DNA of 64,000 nt, taken from IMG/VR virus record IMGVR_UViG_3300044946_000175, positions 1-64,000 of that record; one strand, 5' to 3'. Below are positions 28,765-39,182 of this stretch, piece after piece; the stretch's first letter is position 1, and every line of letters starts with the position of its first letter. The position numbers and the translations under genes were made by a program. The notes under the pieces are model-generated. The model was not told where the DNA came from and ran no database searches. It worked only from the letters and a program-made list of their open reading frames with translations. The DNA comes from a virus.

Positions 28765-30444
28765 TTGGACGCAGAGGAACTATTTGCCTTAATTGAATCT
28801 CATAGCGCAGCCATCAAAAAGCTGCACAGTGAAGCTTCGTCCATAAACTCTGAGATTCTTTCACTTCAAGAAAAGCACAAGGAAGCAGAGAACAAGGAAC
28901 AGTCTCAGGAAGAAATCAACGAAGCCATCAAGCGACGGCAGGCAGTCCTGGAGCAATTCGTCGAGCACGCGACGGAGAGGGCCGAACTGCAAAAACAGGC
29001 TGATCCGGCTCGAAATAGTCCACGTCCCAACGAAGACATTGCCGCCCTCCGAATCCGCGCAGCGCAGGCCGATCTGAAGGCAAAGAGAGAAGCGCGAGCA
29101 AAACCGCCAGAAACCGAAGAAACGGCACCAGAAGCTCCGGCGATTCCAGGAGGTGTTTCGCCTCCTTCCCCGCCAGTCACATCCGCTCCCATTCCGCCAC
29201 TTCCACCTCCTCCACCACCTTCACTATCGAGTGTGCTCGCTCCAGATTTGAGTGCTGTTACTAAAGCTAAATCTGCTGGAGGCAAGCAGCACTTCGACGT
29301 AACCGGGAAAGATGCAACTGGTGCTGTCAAGACTGTTTCCGTCACGACTGCAAAGAACAGGGAAGATGCGCGTCGAACAGCTCGCCTTCATGGACTCAGT
29401 GGTGCACTGGTTGCGGAGCGAAACAGGAAGAGTGAACGCGCAGCCGCTCGTGCTGAACGCACTGGAGCTTCCACACCAACCGGAACGGGGCCGACTGGCG
29501 CGGAAGCGGCTCCGGCAGGCGGAAGTCCTCCTTCATCTCCTGGCGCTCCTCATGGTGGTGGTAGTTCTTCTCCTCCTTTATCGCCTCCTTCATCGGGTGG
29601 TGGAGTTGTGCAGGTCCACGACGCGCAAATGTTTGTGCTCGTGACAAAGATTCAGGAAAGAATAGAGAAAGCCAAGACAGAAGATGATAAAAAGGAAGGC
29701 GAAGCAAAGCGAGAGGATGATACAAAAGGCAAAACTACTACTGGTAAAAAAGGCAAACCAACAACACCTTCGCGCACTTATGGGAAACTTCACAAAGGGT
29801 CGATATACAGTAAAGCTCGACGCGAAGAACGTCTGGAGCGGAGGTTCGGTACGAAGGCTCCGAAAAGAAATCCTTTAAGAAGAGTGGCACTTCGGAGAGG
29901 CAAGAAAGCCATAAAGCGTATTGCTGAGAAGGCACCGAGTACGCCGGGCGGTTTGGCAGGCGCGACAGGCGTCGAACTGGCCAATTTTGCTGGACCTATA
30001 GGAGAGTTTGCCGTTGCTGTTGCCGCGTTTGGTGTGGCGGCATACGAATTTGCTCGGCATGAAGAAAAGGAAATTCGTCGGTTGTCTGAATACGGTGCTG
30101 GTCAAGCGATTGGAATTGGTACACTCGATGCCCATCGTCAACTCCGTGACGCGAAAACAGCAGGAGAGACCGGCGGATCGGCGCAAGATTTGACTGCGGC
30201 AATAGACAAGCTCGAAGATGCTCTTCAGCCGATCATTTCCTTGCTGACGAACATAACTAATGAGACTCTCGCTCCTATTCTGGAGGTCTTGACGCTACTC
30301 TTGAATGCAAATAGGCCGCTTGTTGAGGTATTGAATGCTATATTGCGGTACTTTACCGGAAGTAGAGAAAAACTAGCAGTTAATTGGGACTTAATCGAAA
30401 AGGCGGCAGAACGCGAGCGAGGACGAGATCGGAGGTGGCCATGA
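28765..30444 (+). CDS. Tape-measure-position protein (atypical, Pro/Ala/Lys-rich)
   Basis: Directly follows the G/GT pair; helical Ala/Gly-rich hydrophobic C-terminus. Confidence 0.55.
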   Translation: MDAEELFALIESHSAAIKKLHSEASSINSEILSLQEKHKEAENKEQSQEEINEAIKRRQAVLEQFVEHATERAELQKQADPARNSPRPNEDIAALRIRAAQADLKAKREARAKPPETEETAPEAPAIPGGVSPPSPPVTSAPIPPLPPPPPPSLSSVLAPDLSAVTKAKSAGGKQHFDVTGKDATGAVKTVSVTTAKNREDARRTARLHGLSGALVAERNRKSERAAARAERTGASTPTGTGPTGAEAAPAGGSPPSSPGAPHGGGSSSPPLSPPSSGGGVVQVHDAQMFVLVTKIQERIEKAKTEDDKKEGEAKREDDTKGKTTTGKKGKPTTPSRTYGKLHKGSIYSKARREERLERRFGTKAPKRNPLRRVALRRGKKAIKRIAEKAPSTPGGLAGATGVELANFAGPIGEFAVAVAAFGVAAYEFARHEEKEIRRLSEYGAGQAIGIGTLDAHRQLRDAKTAGETGGSAQDLTAAIDKLEDALQPIISLLTNITNETLAPILEVLTLLLNANRPLVEVLNAILRYFTGSREKLAVNWDLIEKAAERERGRDRRWP

Positions 30445-32720
30445 TCGCTTACAATGGGATCTCTCTGACGTATGCTCAAACACTAACTCACATCATGGGA
30501 CCGGTTAAAGATCCATCTGGATCGGACCAGTTATTCACCAAAATACGTTTTAAGGTCAAGGCACTTCTATATTTAAATCAACTCGATTCTTCTATTTTTC
30601 TTTCTCCGTCTAACGGAGACGACTCTACTGTTGCAGATACCCTGACTCGCATTCGACACATGCTGACGGCTCCACGAAAACCGCTGTTCTGGGATTCATC
30701 TACGCCATTCGGCGCACAGGTCCCTGCTACGCCTTCTGTGTACATCAGCCTTCCGAGTGGCATGGACGATGCTAATGGACCCTGGCCTGATCCTGATGCT
30801 TTTTCTGCTGTCTATGTGACTCCTACAGCAATTGAGGTGACTTGGGCCTGTGAGGTGTCTCTCGTTGATTGTCAGGCAGGCAAGGCCGGTGTCGGTGGAA
30901 TCATACAGCCTCTCTCCATACGATGGTCCGACAGCATTAGTGTGGATAAATACTGGAAAGCAACTTACCATCGTATCGGGACACTCATTCGTTCTTCACT
31001 CGGAGCCGACGTCGAATCATTCAGACGGAGCGGAGTGATGCTCCCGACGTCTCCGGGAGTGCCTGGACAGGTTCCGCCTGGATTCAGGAGGATATTTGCC
31101 GACTATAAAATCTCTCCCGACGGGCTGCGGTGCGATTTTCAGTTTCGGGACGAGCAGATTCGATATGCTCCAGCGTTTCCTGCTATAGATATGGACATCA
31201 TCCAGTCGGAGACATTCCCCAATCTTTCTGGCGTCCGTACTGGTGAAGTGACTGTTCAATTAGTAGGGTGTCAACAAGCGAGTGTCATTACTCTTGCCGA
31301 CCTCGCGCTAGCGATTCTGAAGATACGGCTATGGGCCGCGTCTCCCCTCAACGATCCCAAGACTTATGCGGTTTTAGGCAACTCAATGATTCGTACGAAG
31401 GAGACAGTCGATGGCGTGCTGGTTACTGCGATGGGTACGTATAAAACAGCAGGAAACCAACAGCGGGAGACAAGTTTTAGCAAGGCATTCGATTTTGGTC
31501 TTGGTCCATTTGCCATTGTTAGAGATGCTATTAATGATGCCTTTGGTGGTGGTGTTGCAAAGCCGACTGGCACCGGAGCCGATCCGACTGCAAATCCAAA
31601 ATTCAACTGGATCGGTGCGGGGACTACTCCCATTGCAGGTCAGCCTCCTACTGATCCTATAAACCCACTAGCAAATTCATCAGGGACTACAACTATCACC
31701 GGTCCAAGTTCTTCGGTCTTTGATCCTCTGGCAGTGTTTATCGATCCGGTAATGACTAATGGAGGACCGTCACTACCGGGAGGTGGGACTTGTACCTGGG
31801 GATTGGGCAATGCTATCGGGTTGTTCGCTTCGATTTTGCGCGATCCCTGCGGAGGTTTCGATGAAATTTCTCCATCTTCTAGCAGTCCAGGAGTTTCCGG
31901 CACTTCTGAGTCCAGTTCTGATTTTATCGGAGGGGGTGGTGATTTTGGGGGTGAAGAGTTTTTAGCAAAGCGACTTAAATTCAAATCCGTTAACGGAAAA
32001 AAGATAGGCGAAGATGATCCCGGCGACGGCATAGGACCGACCGGATCGACTTCTTTTACTGCTGATGTACAGATCCAAGGACAGACTGACCCCGCGCTCC
32101 TTTCTGCGGCCTATGCGGATATTGCCGGTGAGTCCGCACCTAGTTTTATCACAACGATTTCTGATACGGGACTGTTTTATTACGACGGACTGCCTGGGGT
32201 TTACGACTTCTGGCAGTGCATGTCGGAGTATGAGGACGATCCCGGTGTGATCGTGATGCCTACCTGTAATCCAAACGGTATTAACCTTGCCGTTCAGATA
32301 GCCTCTCCACAACTCACACTTCGAAAGAGATGGGCAGCAAAACGCACCGGAGCACCTCCGATCCTTCCGCCAAAACAATCGACCGATCCGAATTTGATCT
32401 ATGTGGGCGGGGTGGCCGGACTGCCGGAAATGACTGTGGGGCCAGATGGCGTGTCGATCATTTACGAAGCTGTAGGTCATTACGTTTACCAAGCTCTCGA
32501 TCCGTCCAAAGTACAAGAAACCGCAGCGATCCCGCCATTCTTACTCTCTTCATCTTTGACGCCAGCGAATGGTTGGTACGATGTTTATGGACCGACTGGG
32601 AACAATCCTCAGTCTGGAAGTGGTGTAGGAGCATCGGGTGGAGGAGGTGTTTCGGGCAGTTACACCAATGGAGTTGACGTGTTGGGTAATACTCCTATCT
32701 CGATCCTCTTTCCGAACTGA
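30441..32720 (+). CDS. Tail/baseplate structural protein
   Basis: GGAGG RBS, ATGA overlap, Gly/Ser/Pro-rich linkers, position after the tape-measure slot. Confidence 0.55.
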   Translation: MIAYNGISLTYAQTLTHIMGPVKDPSGSDQLFTKIRFKVKALLYLNQLDSSIFLSPSNGDDSTVADTLTRIRHMLTAPRKPLFWDSSTPFGAQVPATPSVYISLPSGMDDANGPWPDPDAFSAVYVTPTAIEVTWACEVSLVDCQAGKAGVGGIIQPLSIRWSDSISVDKYWKATYHRIGTLIRSSLGADVESFRRSGVMLPTSPGVPGQVPPGFRRIFADYKISPDGLRCDFQFRDEQIRYAPAFPAIDMDIIQSETFPNLSGVRTGEVTVQLVGCQQASVITLADLALAILKIRLWAASPLNDPKTYAVLGNSMIRTKETVDGVLVTAMGTYKTAGNQQRETSFSKAFDFGLGPFAIVRDAINDAFGGGVAKPTGTGADPTANPKFNWIGAGTTPIAGQPPTDPINPLANSSGTTTITGPSSSVFDPLAVFIDPVMTNGGPSLPGGGTCTWGLGNAIGLFASILRDPCGGFDEISPSSSSPGVSGTSESSSDFIGGGGDFGGEEFLAKRLKFKSVNGKKIGEDDPGDGIGPTGSTSFTADVQIQGQTDPALLSAAYADIAGESAPSFITTISDTGLFYYDGLPGVYDFWQCMSEYEDDPGVIVMPTCNPNGINLAVQIASPQLTLRKRWAAKRTGAPPILPPKQSTDPNLIYVGGVAGLPEMTVGPDGVSIIYEAVGHYVYQALDPSKVQETAAIPPFLLSSSLTPANGWYDVYGPTGNNPQSGSGVGASGGGGVSGSYTNGVDVLGNTPISILFPN

Positions 32721-32725
32721 ATTTT

Positions 32726-34135
32726 ATGGCAATCAATCTTACAGAACTATTTGAAAGCATTGGAAGGATTGGCCATACAGCGTATCTCATCAATATCGCT
32801 CAGGCTGGACAACCTCCTACTTTTGAGGAACTTGCAACCGAAGCATGGATGAATGAGCTTTGGATAGTCAATCTCATACAAACGTATGACACACTGATTC
32901 GCTCAGAGTCGGTTCCGATGGGGCAGTGGCAAGCTGCCGCTACTAACATCCTTCTCGGCATGGTGGCACTAGCAGATCCTACCTTCGGGGGTGGTGTTTC
33001 GAATGCTTTAGGTTATATCTACAATCAAATGGTCGCCCAGGGACAGACAGTCAAAGAAGCAGCACTTGGGTCATCCTATACACCGTTTACAACGAATATA
33101 GGTAGTGGGAATGTCTGCGTGGTTCTGGTCCGTGCTGATGGTATGTCTCTTCAGAATACAGTTCCCGAGACAGGTCAGTTATCCATCACTGCTGACAGTT
33201 TCACGGGCGGCGCGACGGTCGGTCAGGAGCCGTGGCAGTACGTGGGAGTTCCCAATCTCTCATCGCAAGGAACGGGAGTTCCGACCGGAATCTGGAACTG
33301 GGACTGGCCTACCGGATCGGGTGTAGTTGTCGGTGGTAATTGCATTTCTGCTTTACAAAACGCATCTGCATCCGGTAACTATCTCACCAACGGAGCATTT
33401 TCTAATTGGAACGCCACACCAGCACCATCGAATTGGAATCTTTTGACTGGAATCTGGGGAGTAACGGCTCAGCAGTCTTCTACCTCACTCGTTACTGGTG
33501 GTTTTTCTGTACAGTTTAATGTTGGTGCGACTAATGAGTTGACGCAACAGTTCGGATCATCAGCTACGACTGGGGCTGCTGCCGGAACGACAGTCCTTCC
33601 GACTTCTTATGCAGGTTATGCCTTTAACATCTTCCTGAGATCGACTGGCGTAATGACTGGAGGTGTGTTAACCGTTTCTCTTGTCAATGCTGCAAACAAT
33701 GCAGTAATTAACGATCAGGCAGGAAACCCACAAACATTTAATATTAACTTGTCTGGGCTGTCATCAGCCGAATGGACACCCTTCACGATTCCATTCCGCC
33801 TTCCAACCAATCCGCCAGAAAATTATCAACTAGCGCTTACGACCTCAACACCACCGGCGGGAGCGAATCTTTTGCTGGACTGTGCGGCTTTTTGTGCTCC
33901 TATTAATCTCTATGTTGGGGGGCCGAATCTTGCAGTATTCTCCAACCCATCTGCTCCTTTTCATGCCGTTCCTTTGCAAGATGGGTGGTCGGTTGTGTTG
34001 ACGAATGATCGCGGAGGGTCGCAGTATCTCGCAACCATGCAGGCTTTGTGGAATAGGCTATTTCAGGCTCCTGGTTTGATTTTACCATACGCGGCAAGCC
34101 CGACATTGCCGGATACTCTAATTACCAATCCGTAG
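32726..34135 (+). CDS. Virion structural protein with a carbohydrate-binding-like jelly-roll
   Basis: 'NYLTNGAFSNW...PSNW' CBM4/9-like start; extremely low Lys content. Confidence 0.5.
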   Translation: MAINLTELFESIGRIGHTAYLINIAQAGQPPTFEELATEAWMNELWIVNLIQTYDTLIRSESVPMGQWQAAATNILLGMVALADPTFGGGVSNALGYIYNQMVAQGQTVKEAALGSSYTPFTTNIGSGNVCVVLVRADGMSLQNTVPETGQLSITADSFTGGATVGQEPWQYVGVPNLSSQGTGVPTGIWNWDWPTGSGVVVGGNCISALQNASASGNYLTNGAFSNWNATPAPSNWNLLTGIWGVTAQQSSTSLVTGGFSVQFNVGATNELTQQFGSSATTGAAAGTTVLPTSYAGYAFNIFLRSTGVMTGGVLTVSLVNAANNAVINDQAGNPQTFNINLSGLSSAEWTPFTIPFRLPTNPPENYQLALTTSTPPAGANLLLDCAAFCAPINLYVGGPNLAVFSNPSAPFHAVPLQDGWSVVLTNDRGGSQYLATMQALWNRLFQAPGLILPYAASPTLPDTLITNP

Positions 34136-34334
34136 TTTGATAGGGACCAGAGCGGTTGAGTGGAATTGTTTGTCGGGCAACTAAATCTTCTGCACATCCG
34201 GCGGGAAGGATGATCCATTTGTAATCTCCTCCGACTGACATCTGAGCTTCGTTTAGATTGTCGAATTGCATTCGATCAATATAGCGACCTTGTGAATCTG
34301 TTTTCAAAGCCACATAGGGTTTAAAGAAATTCAT
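34122..34334 (-). CDS. Small leaderless hypothetical protein, antisense to the tail operon
   Basis: TTGCCT(34363-68)-N16-TACAAT(34341-46) then 6 nt to the ATG. Confidence 0.65.
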   Translation of the reverse strand: MNFFKPYVALKTDSQGRYIDRMQFDNLNEAQMSVGGDYKWIILPAGCAEDLVARQTIPLNRSGPYQTTDW

Positions 34335-34400
34335 TCTGTTATTGTAGGATCTAGTAGATAAAAGGCAATTTTATTTTTGTCTTTTTATAATGGTGCGGTT

Positions 34401-36527
34401 TTGTCTTGGAATTTCGTTCAATCGTCGAGCGATCAATTCGGAAGCGTCTCCACGACACAGACGCTTCCATACAACACCAATGTGACCGTTGGTGATCTAC
34501 TCATCGTTGATATTGGATTCACTTCCGGAATCTCTTTTGGCCCTCCGTCTGTAGCCGATTCTCAGGGCAATGTTTACGTAAGGACAGGATTTGAGCACGA
34601 TATCGGAAATACCATCGGGATTGCACAATACGTTGCCATCGCAAAAGCCACGGGAGCCAACACAGTATCGGTCACACCAACGACGACGACTCTTCTGACG
34701 TTTGCGATTCACGAATACAGCGGTAATGCAACTTCTGGTGTAATCGATATGCCAGAAACCAATACCGGAACTGCGGCCACGACGCTCACCACGGGCTCTA
34801 TTCCGGTCAACAATCCTGGGGAGATGATCCACGCTGCCTTTGCGCAGATTACGAGTTCACAAACTCCAACACAGGGAGCGGGCTTTACGATTCGGGAAGA
34901 TCAGACGGGTACACTATCTCAGATTGCTCTGTTCACCGAAGATGATTTTCCTGTCTCGACCGCCACTGCCGCGACAGCTACCGTTTCTCTGGGGGTGACC
35001 TATGTGGCTATCGGCACGTCTTTCTTACCGACAGGTCTGACCCCACCACCAGACTTGTCCGTCACTCAAGCGCAAGTACGTACTGTTCCCAACAAAATCT
35101 ATGTTAATGTTCCGCCTTCCGCGAACGATGTATCTATTCCGCCTCCTCCACCTCAGCCAGAAACAAATGTCAACTTCGTGGCGAGGGGCTACAAACCGAC
35201 GGTCATTACAAATGAAACGAGGCCGATATATTCGTTCATCCCGCAGGATATATCGACCATTCCAGAAACAAATGTCAACTTCGTGGCGAGGGGGTATAAA
35301 CAGACTAATCTTTTGCCTTCTCAGTCGTTTGCTCCGCACGACCAAACCATAATACCGAACGAGGCCGACACGAGTCTGACAATCATCGGGTATCATCCGA
35401 CTAGTCTCACGAGGCCAGTGCCGTCGTTCGCGCCAGAGGACCAGACGACTGTTCAAGAAACAAATGTCAATCTTGTGGTTCGTGGCTACCACCCAACTTC
35501 GATTTGGTCAGTGCCTCCGTTCGCGCCGCACGACCAGTCAAACGAGGCAGGTCCGAATTTCGTGGCGCGGGGCTACCATTCGGCTCCGATCTTATTCGCG
35601 CCTCCGTTCGCGCCTCACGATCAATTACCCGAAGAAAACCCACACCTGACCGTACGGGGTTACAAACCGACCAGTCTTACCAGGCCAGTCCCGTCGTTTG
35701 CCTATGAAGACATCCCGTTTTATCCCGAGATCGACTTCGTGGCGAGGGGCTACCGCCAGACCACGATCTGGTCGGTGCTTCCGACTGCTCCACACAATCA
35801 GTCGAATGAAGCAGCTACGAGCGAGACAGTACGCGGCTATCAAGCGACTAATCTTACGAGGCCGGTGCCTTCCTTCACTTCTGAAGATCAGACTACTGCG
35901 CAAGAGACGAACATCGACTTCGTGGCGCGGGGATACCATTCAATCACGATTCAGTCGGTGCTTTCATCCGCTCACGAAGATCATTCAAACGAGGAGAATC
36001 CGCACTTAGTCGTGCGGGGTTACAAGCCCACAACCATTACCAGACCAGTTCCATCGTTTTCTTATACAGACATCCCGTTCTATCCGGAAATCGACTTCGT
36101 GGCGCGTGGATATCAGCCTCCTCGCATCAACATGCCGACTGTGTTCGAAAACCAAACCGTCGTACCGACAGAGGCCAATACCAGTGAAATCGTAAGAGGC
36201 TATCAATCAACTAATCTCAATCGACCGTTTGCTTCCAAGGATGTGACTGCCTATCCAGAAACGATTGTCAACTTCACGGCAAAAGGCTACCAGCCGACCA
36301 GTCTCAACAAACCGGTGCCTTCATTCGCGCCTCACGATCAATCGGCGACTCCGAGTGAGGCCAACACGAGTCAAGTTGTTCTCGGTTATCAACCGACCAG
36401 TTTTAATATGCCGGTATCTCCATTTGCTCCCCAAGACCTGTCCTTTGTACCGACTATAGGGGCTTACGTTCTGCCAATCTTTGTATCATTAGTGGGTCTA
36501 AGAAGCTATCTGTCAAAGGATTCTTGA
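34401..36527 (+). CDS. Fibre/adhesin-like virion protein: beta-sandwich head + 14 repeats of ~30-35 aa
   Basis: 'VTVGDLLIV..SVADSQGNVY..IHEYSG' head; repeat ETN(V/I)NFVARGY.PT....PSFAP.DQ; TTG start at 34401 preferred. Confidence 0.7.
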   Translation: MSWNFVQSSSDQFGSVSTTQTLPYNTNVTVGDLLIVDIGFTSGISFGPPSVADSQGNVYVRTGFEHDIGNTIGIAQYVAIAKATGANTVSVTPTTTTLLTFAIHEYSGNATSGVIDMPETNTGTAATTLTTGSIPVNNPGEMIHAAFAQITSSQTPTQGAGFTIREDQTGTLSQIALFTEDDFPVSTATAATATVSLGVTYVAIGTSFLPTGLTPPPDLSVTQAQVRTVPNKIYVNVPPSANDVSIPPPPPQPETNVNFVARGYKPTVITNETRPIYSFIPQDISTIPETNVNFVARGYKQTNLLPSQSFAPHDQTIIPNEADTSLTIIGYHPTSLTRPVPSFAPEDQTTVQETNVNLVVRGYHPTSIWSVPPFAPHDQSNEAGPNFVARGYHSAPILFAPPFAPHDQLPEENPHLTVRGYKPTSLTRPVPSFAYEDIPFYPEIDFVARGYRQTTIWSVLPTAPHNQSNEAATSETVRGYQATNLTRPVPSFTSEDQTTAQETNIDFVARGYHSITIQSVLSSAHEDHSNEENPHLVVRGYKPTTITRPVPSFSYTDIPFYPEIDFVARGYQPPRINMPTVFENQTVVPTEANTSEIVRGYQSTNLNRPFASKDVTAYPETIVNFTAKGYQPTSLNKPVPSFAPHDQSATPSEANTSQVVLGYQPTSFNMPVSPFAPQDLSFVPTIGAYVLPIFVSLVGLRSYLSKDS
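35155..36450 (+). repeat. 14 imperfect ~90-105 bp coding repeats
   Basis: Recurring 'ttcgtggcg(a/c)g(g/t)gg.ta' and 'gttcgcgcc' blocks. Confidence 0.85.
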
Positions 36528-36564
36528 TAAAATTTCATTTTCTCTCTGCAAGAGGGTTTGTAGA

Positions 36565-38111
36565 ATGGACGGCGACGAGAAAGACACGTACGAAAAAGCA
36601 CTGGCTCGATTCGAGGCCGATCCGTGGAATGAAGACAAACTTCCTGATTGTCGGTTACACGAAAACAACCGTCCAATCGTCAAGAGCGAACGATATGGAC
36701 ACATGGCGGAAGTATTCTGCGCCAACTGCCATAAGGAAACCGGCGGGTTCGTGACGAATGAATGGGCACGGAAGATTTTTTACCTGTGCCCAAACTGTGA
36801 AAAGTGGGGTCGGGTTCCTGGACTGAAGACGATCCCCGAAGCTGTAGTTCGTGGTGAGGAGCCTCTGATTCCAGGAATGCCGATTGACTTCAGGTTTGAG
36901 GGCGATGTGACGACTCAAATAGCCATTATCAACGGTGACGGCAAGATTCTGTGGAACTCCGCCGTTCCATCCAATGGCATTCCTCATAGCCTGAACGTCA
37001 ACCTCGATGGTTCGATCAATACAACTGAGGGGCAGAAGATAATGCCCCCATTCCGCATTGCCGTGGTGGTTGTACCTGATGATATGGAAACGCCTGTGAT
37101 TCCGGTCGTCACACAACCGTCGATTACTTCACTCGATCTTTCTAGTCTTGGAGGGTAAACAATGGCCAGTCAGAAGTGCAGCTTCATCGACCGCGACAAC
37201 AAACCGCTCGGTGAATTTGAAGTGGAGTATCTGGATCAGGCCACGGCGAATGTTCCGGGAGCACGTCAAGTGCTTCCCGGCTGCGTCGCAATGCCTGATG
37301 GTCGGGTATTCATGCGCAAGAACGAGAACTCCGATCAGTATCTCGAAACCGCGCGTCCTTGCAACCTCATCTTCGCGGACGGCAAGAAGGAGCCGGTGTC
37401 GATCTTCCAGCCATCTCCGCCAGTCGTGACCAAAGGCGGGAAGACATTCAAGCGACTCAATGAGGATTTGTACAAAGAGGTCGTGGCTGCGGCGCTTTGA
37501 GATTAACTTGAGGTGGAATTGATCACTCCTGCCTCTTGCGAACCTGGAATCGTACAAGACTTTGTTTTTGAAGCCATCTTTGATTCCATGCTCACGAGGA
37601 CAGTCGCATGTACTATTTCCGCATCAACGGTCCAGCCGCCGGTCCACCTACTTTCACATCCAATGGATCGGCACTGACAGAATCCGATCACTATCGACTC
37701 CTGACCGTTGCTGAGCAAGAAACGGCCAAGCTCATGGAGGTGATGGGCACGGCACGCTCCGGTACGGCTGGCGGTGGTTCTCTTCGCGGTCGGCGCTACG
37801 GCACGCCCTCCTCGTCCGGCACATCAGTGACTCCGGCTCCGGTGAATCCCGGTACAGGAATCAATAGCGTCGTCATTGCTGCCGGAACGACAGCCTTTAC
37901 CGCACCCACGGCAGGCAGCACGGCAACGAATCTCCTCTCCATCGGTCTGGCTCAGACTGGTGGTCAAGGTGGTTGGGTGACTCCATTCGATGGGGCTGGT
38001 ATCGATCTGATGCCCAATGGTGGGGCGAACGGGAACTTCGATATCCTCTCGATCTTCAACGCTGCTTCGGTCACGTTTGATTGCTCGTTAGGATTTAGAG
38101 AGGGCAGCTAA
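36565..38111 (+). other. Three CDSs: 36565-37158 (CxxC..CxxC), 37162-37500, 37608-38111 (Gly/Thr-rich virion protein)
   Basis: Co-oriented ORFs; amino-acid composition. Confidence 0.6.
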
Positions 38112-38132
38112 TTCCCGAACTAAACGCGGGCT

Positions 38133-38735
38133 TTATGTGACATGCTTCCATCTGGCCCGCGTCACAGCGCCTCGTACTGCACCAAATGGTTTATTATATT
38201 TTCTACAAATCTGAGTAATCATAGCTCCACTATCGTATTCGATTCGCATAATTCGAACCAGGTCTTCCGTTAGTACGGCATTTCCATTACCTTCTCCGCG
38301 ACTGCTTGTTCCGTGTTTTATTTTGTCTGCTGCATTGCCTTGCGGTGTATCCCATCTGAGATTGGATAATTTATTGTTTTGCTGATCGCCATCGTTATGG
38401 CATCCTTCCATTCCAAGCGGACGAGGGCCAACGAACGCTTCAAGAACTAGACAATGAACGAGAATTTCCTTTCTGTAGTAATGGCGGTAAAGACCAAATA
38501 TTGAATACGATTTGTTATTTAACCTTGATTTACGTCGTTTCCATACAGTTCCGACTATTAAGACTGATCCGCTTCCGTTACCTTTGCCTCTTTTGCCGTG
38601 ATATGAACAATTCCAAACCGATCCGTCATCCCCTACTCGATAGCCTGGAAATCCCATAAAATCCAGCTTGCGGTAACAAACATCGTTTTCAGGATCGCAA
38701 TGGAATTCTGGAATGCTAGAATAGCCGTCTGACAT
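38133..38735 (-). CDS. HNH homing endonuclease, paralog of 24263-24850
   Basis: 'DVCYRKLDFMGFPGYRVGDDGSV', 'VHCLVLEAFVGPRPLGMEGCHNDGD..NN.LSNLRW'; ATG 38735 has GGAG upstream. Confidence 0.9.
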   Translation of the reverse strand: MSDGYSSIPEFHCDPENDVCYRKLDFMGFPGYRVGDDGSVWNCSYHGKRGKGNGSGSVLIVGTVWKRRKSRLNNKSYSIFGLYRHYYRKEILVHCLVLEAFVGPRPLGMEGCHNDGDQQNNKLSNLRWDTPQGNAADKIKHGTSSRGEGNGNAVLTEDLVRIMRIEYDSGAMITQICRKYNKPFGAVRGAVTRARWKHVT

Positions 38736-38853
38736 GGCCTTTGCTCCAGTTAAGCAAGGTTGTGTGGGTGCGGGTGACAGGGGATCACCCGCACCCAAAT
38801 TTTATGAAACAGTCGGAGTGAGGAAAGTGCCGAGTCCTCCAGGCAACGCTTTA

Positions 38854-39171
38854 ATGTCTGGTTCGTGTCAAAAGTCTGCCGGAGACCGCGTTCGCATCCC
38901 GACAGATTATGGGAATGAAAATCTCCTCGTCGATAACGCACAAGTCGTCAACGGCGTTCTTGTTTTGCCTTATTCGATAGTCGCATTTAGTGTTACTGCC
39001 ACTCCGGCAGACCTCACCGTAACTGGTGTACAATTGGATAGTCAATACCAGATTTCAGCATTGATTTCAGGAGGTACTTCAGGACAAACTTATTTTATTA
39101 CTTATTCAATCACTCTTTCCGATCCGGACCAGACGACTATCGTGCGCACCGGCGCTCTTCAGGTGTTGTGA
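38854..39171 (+). CDS. Small Ig-like fibre-tail adaptor protein
   Basis: 'K..GD.V....DY', 'ALISGGTSGQTY.ITY.IT' motif. Confidence 0.5.
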   Translation: MSGSCQKSAGDRVRIPTDYGNENLLVDNAQVVNGVLVLPYSIVAFSVTATPADLTVTGVQLDSQYQISALISGGTSGQTYFITYSITLSDPDQTTIVRTGALQVL

Positions 39172-39182
39172 AAAGGCAACTT

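Noticed and set aside
35155-36450. Repeat arrays as a CRISPR array or DGR template/variable repeats
   Set aside because: Units are degenerate, in-frame and coding, with no identical repeats or unique spacers. Differences are not adenine-specific and no reverse transcriptase is present.
20190-38850. HNH genes as group I intron- or intein-encoded
   Set aside because: All three sit between complete genes rather than interrupting one, and no intron core or intein motifs were seen.
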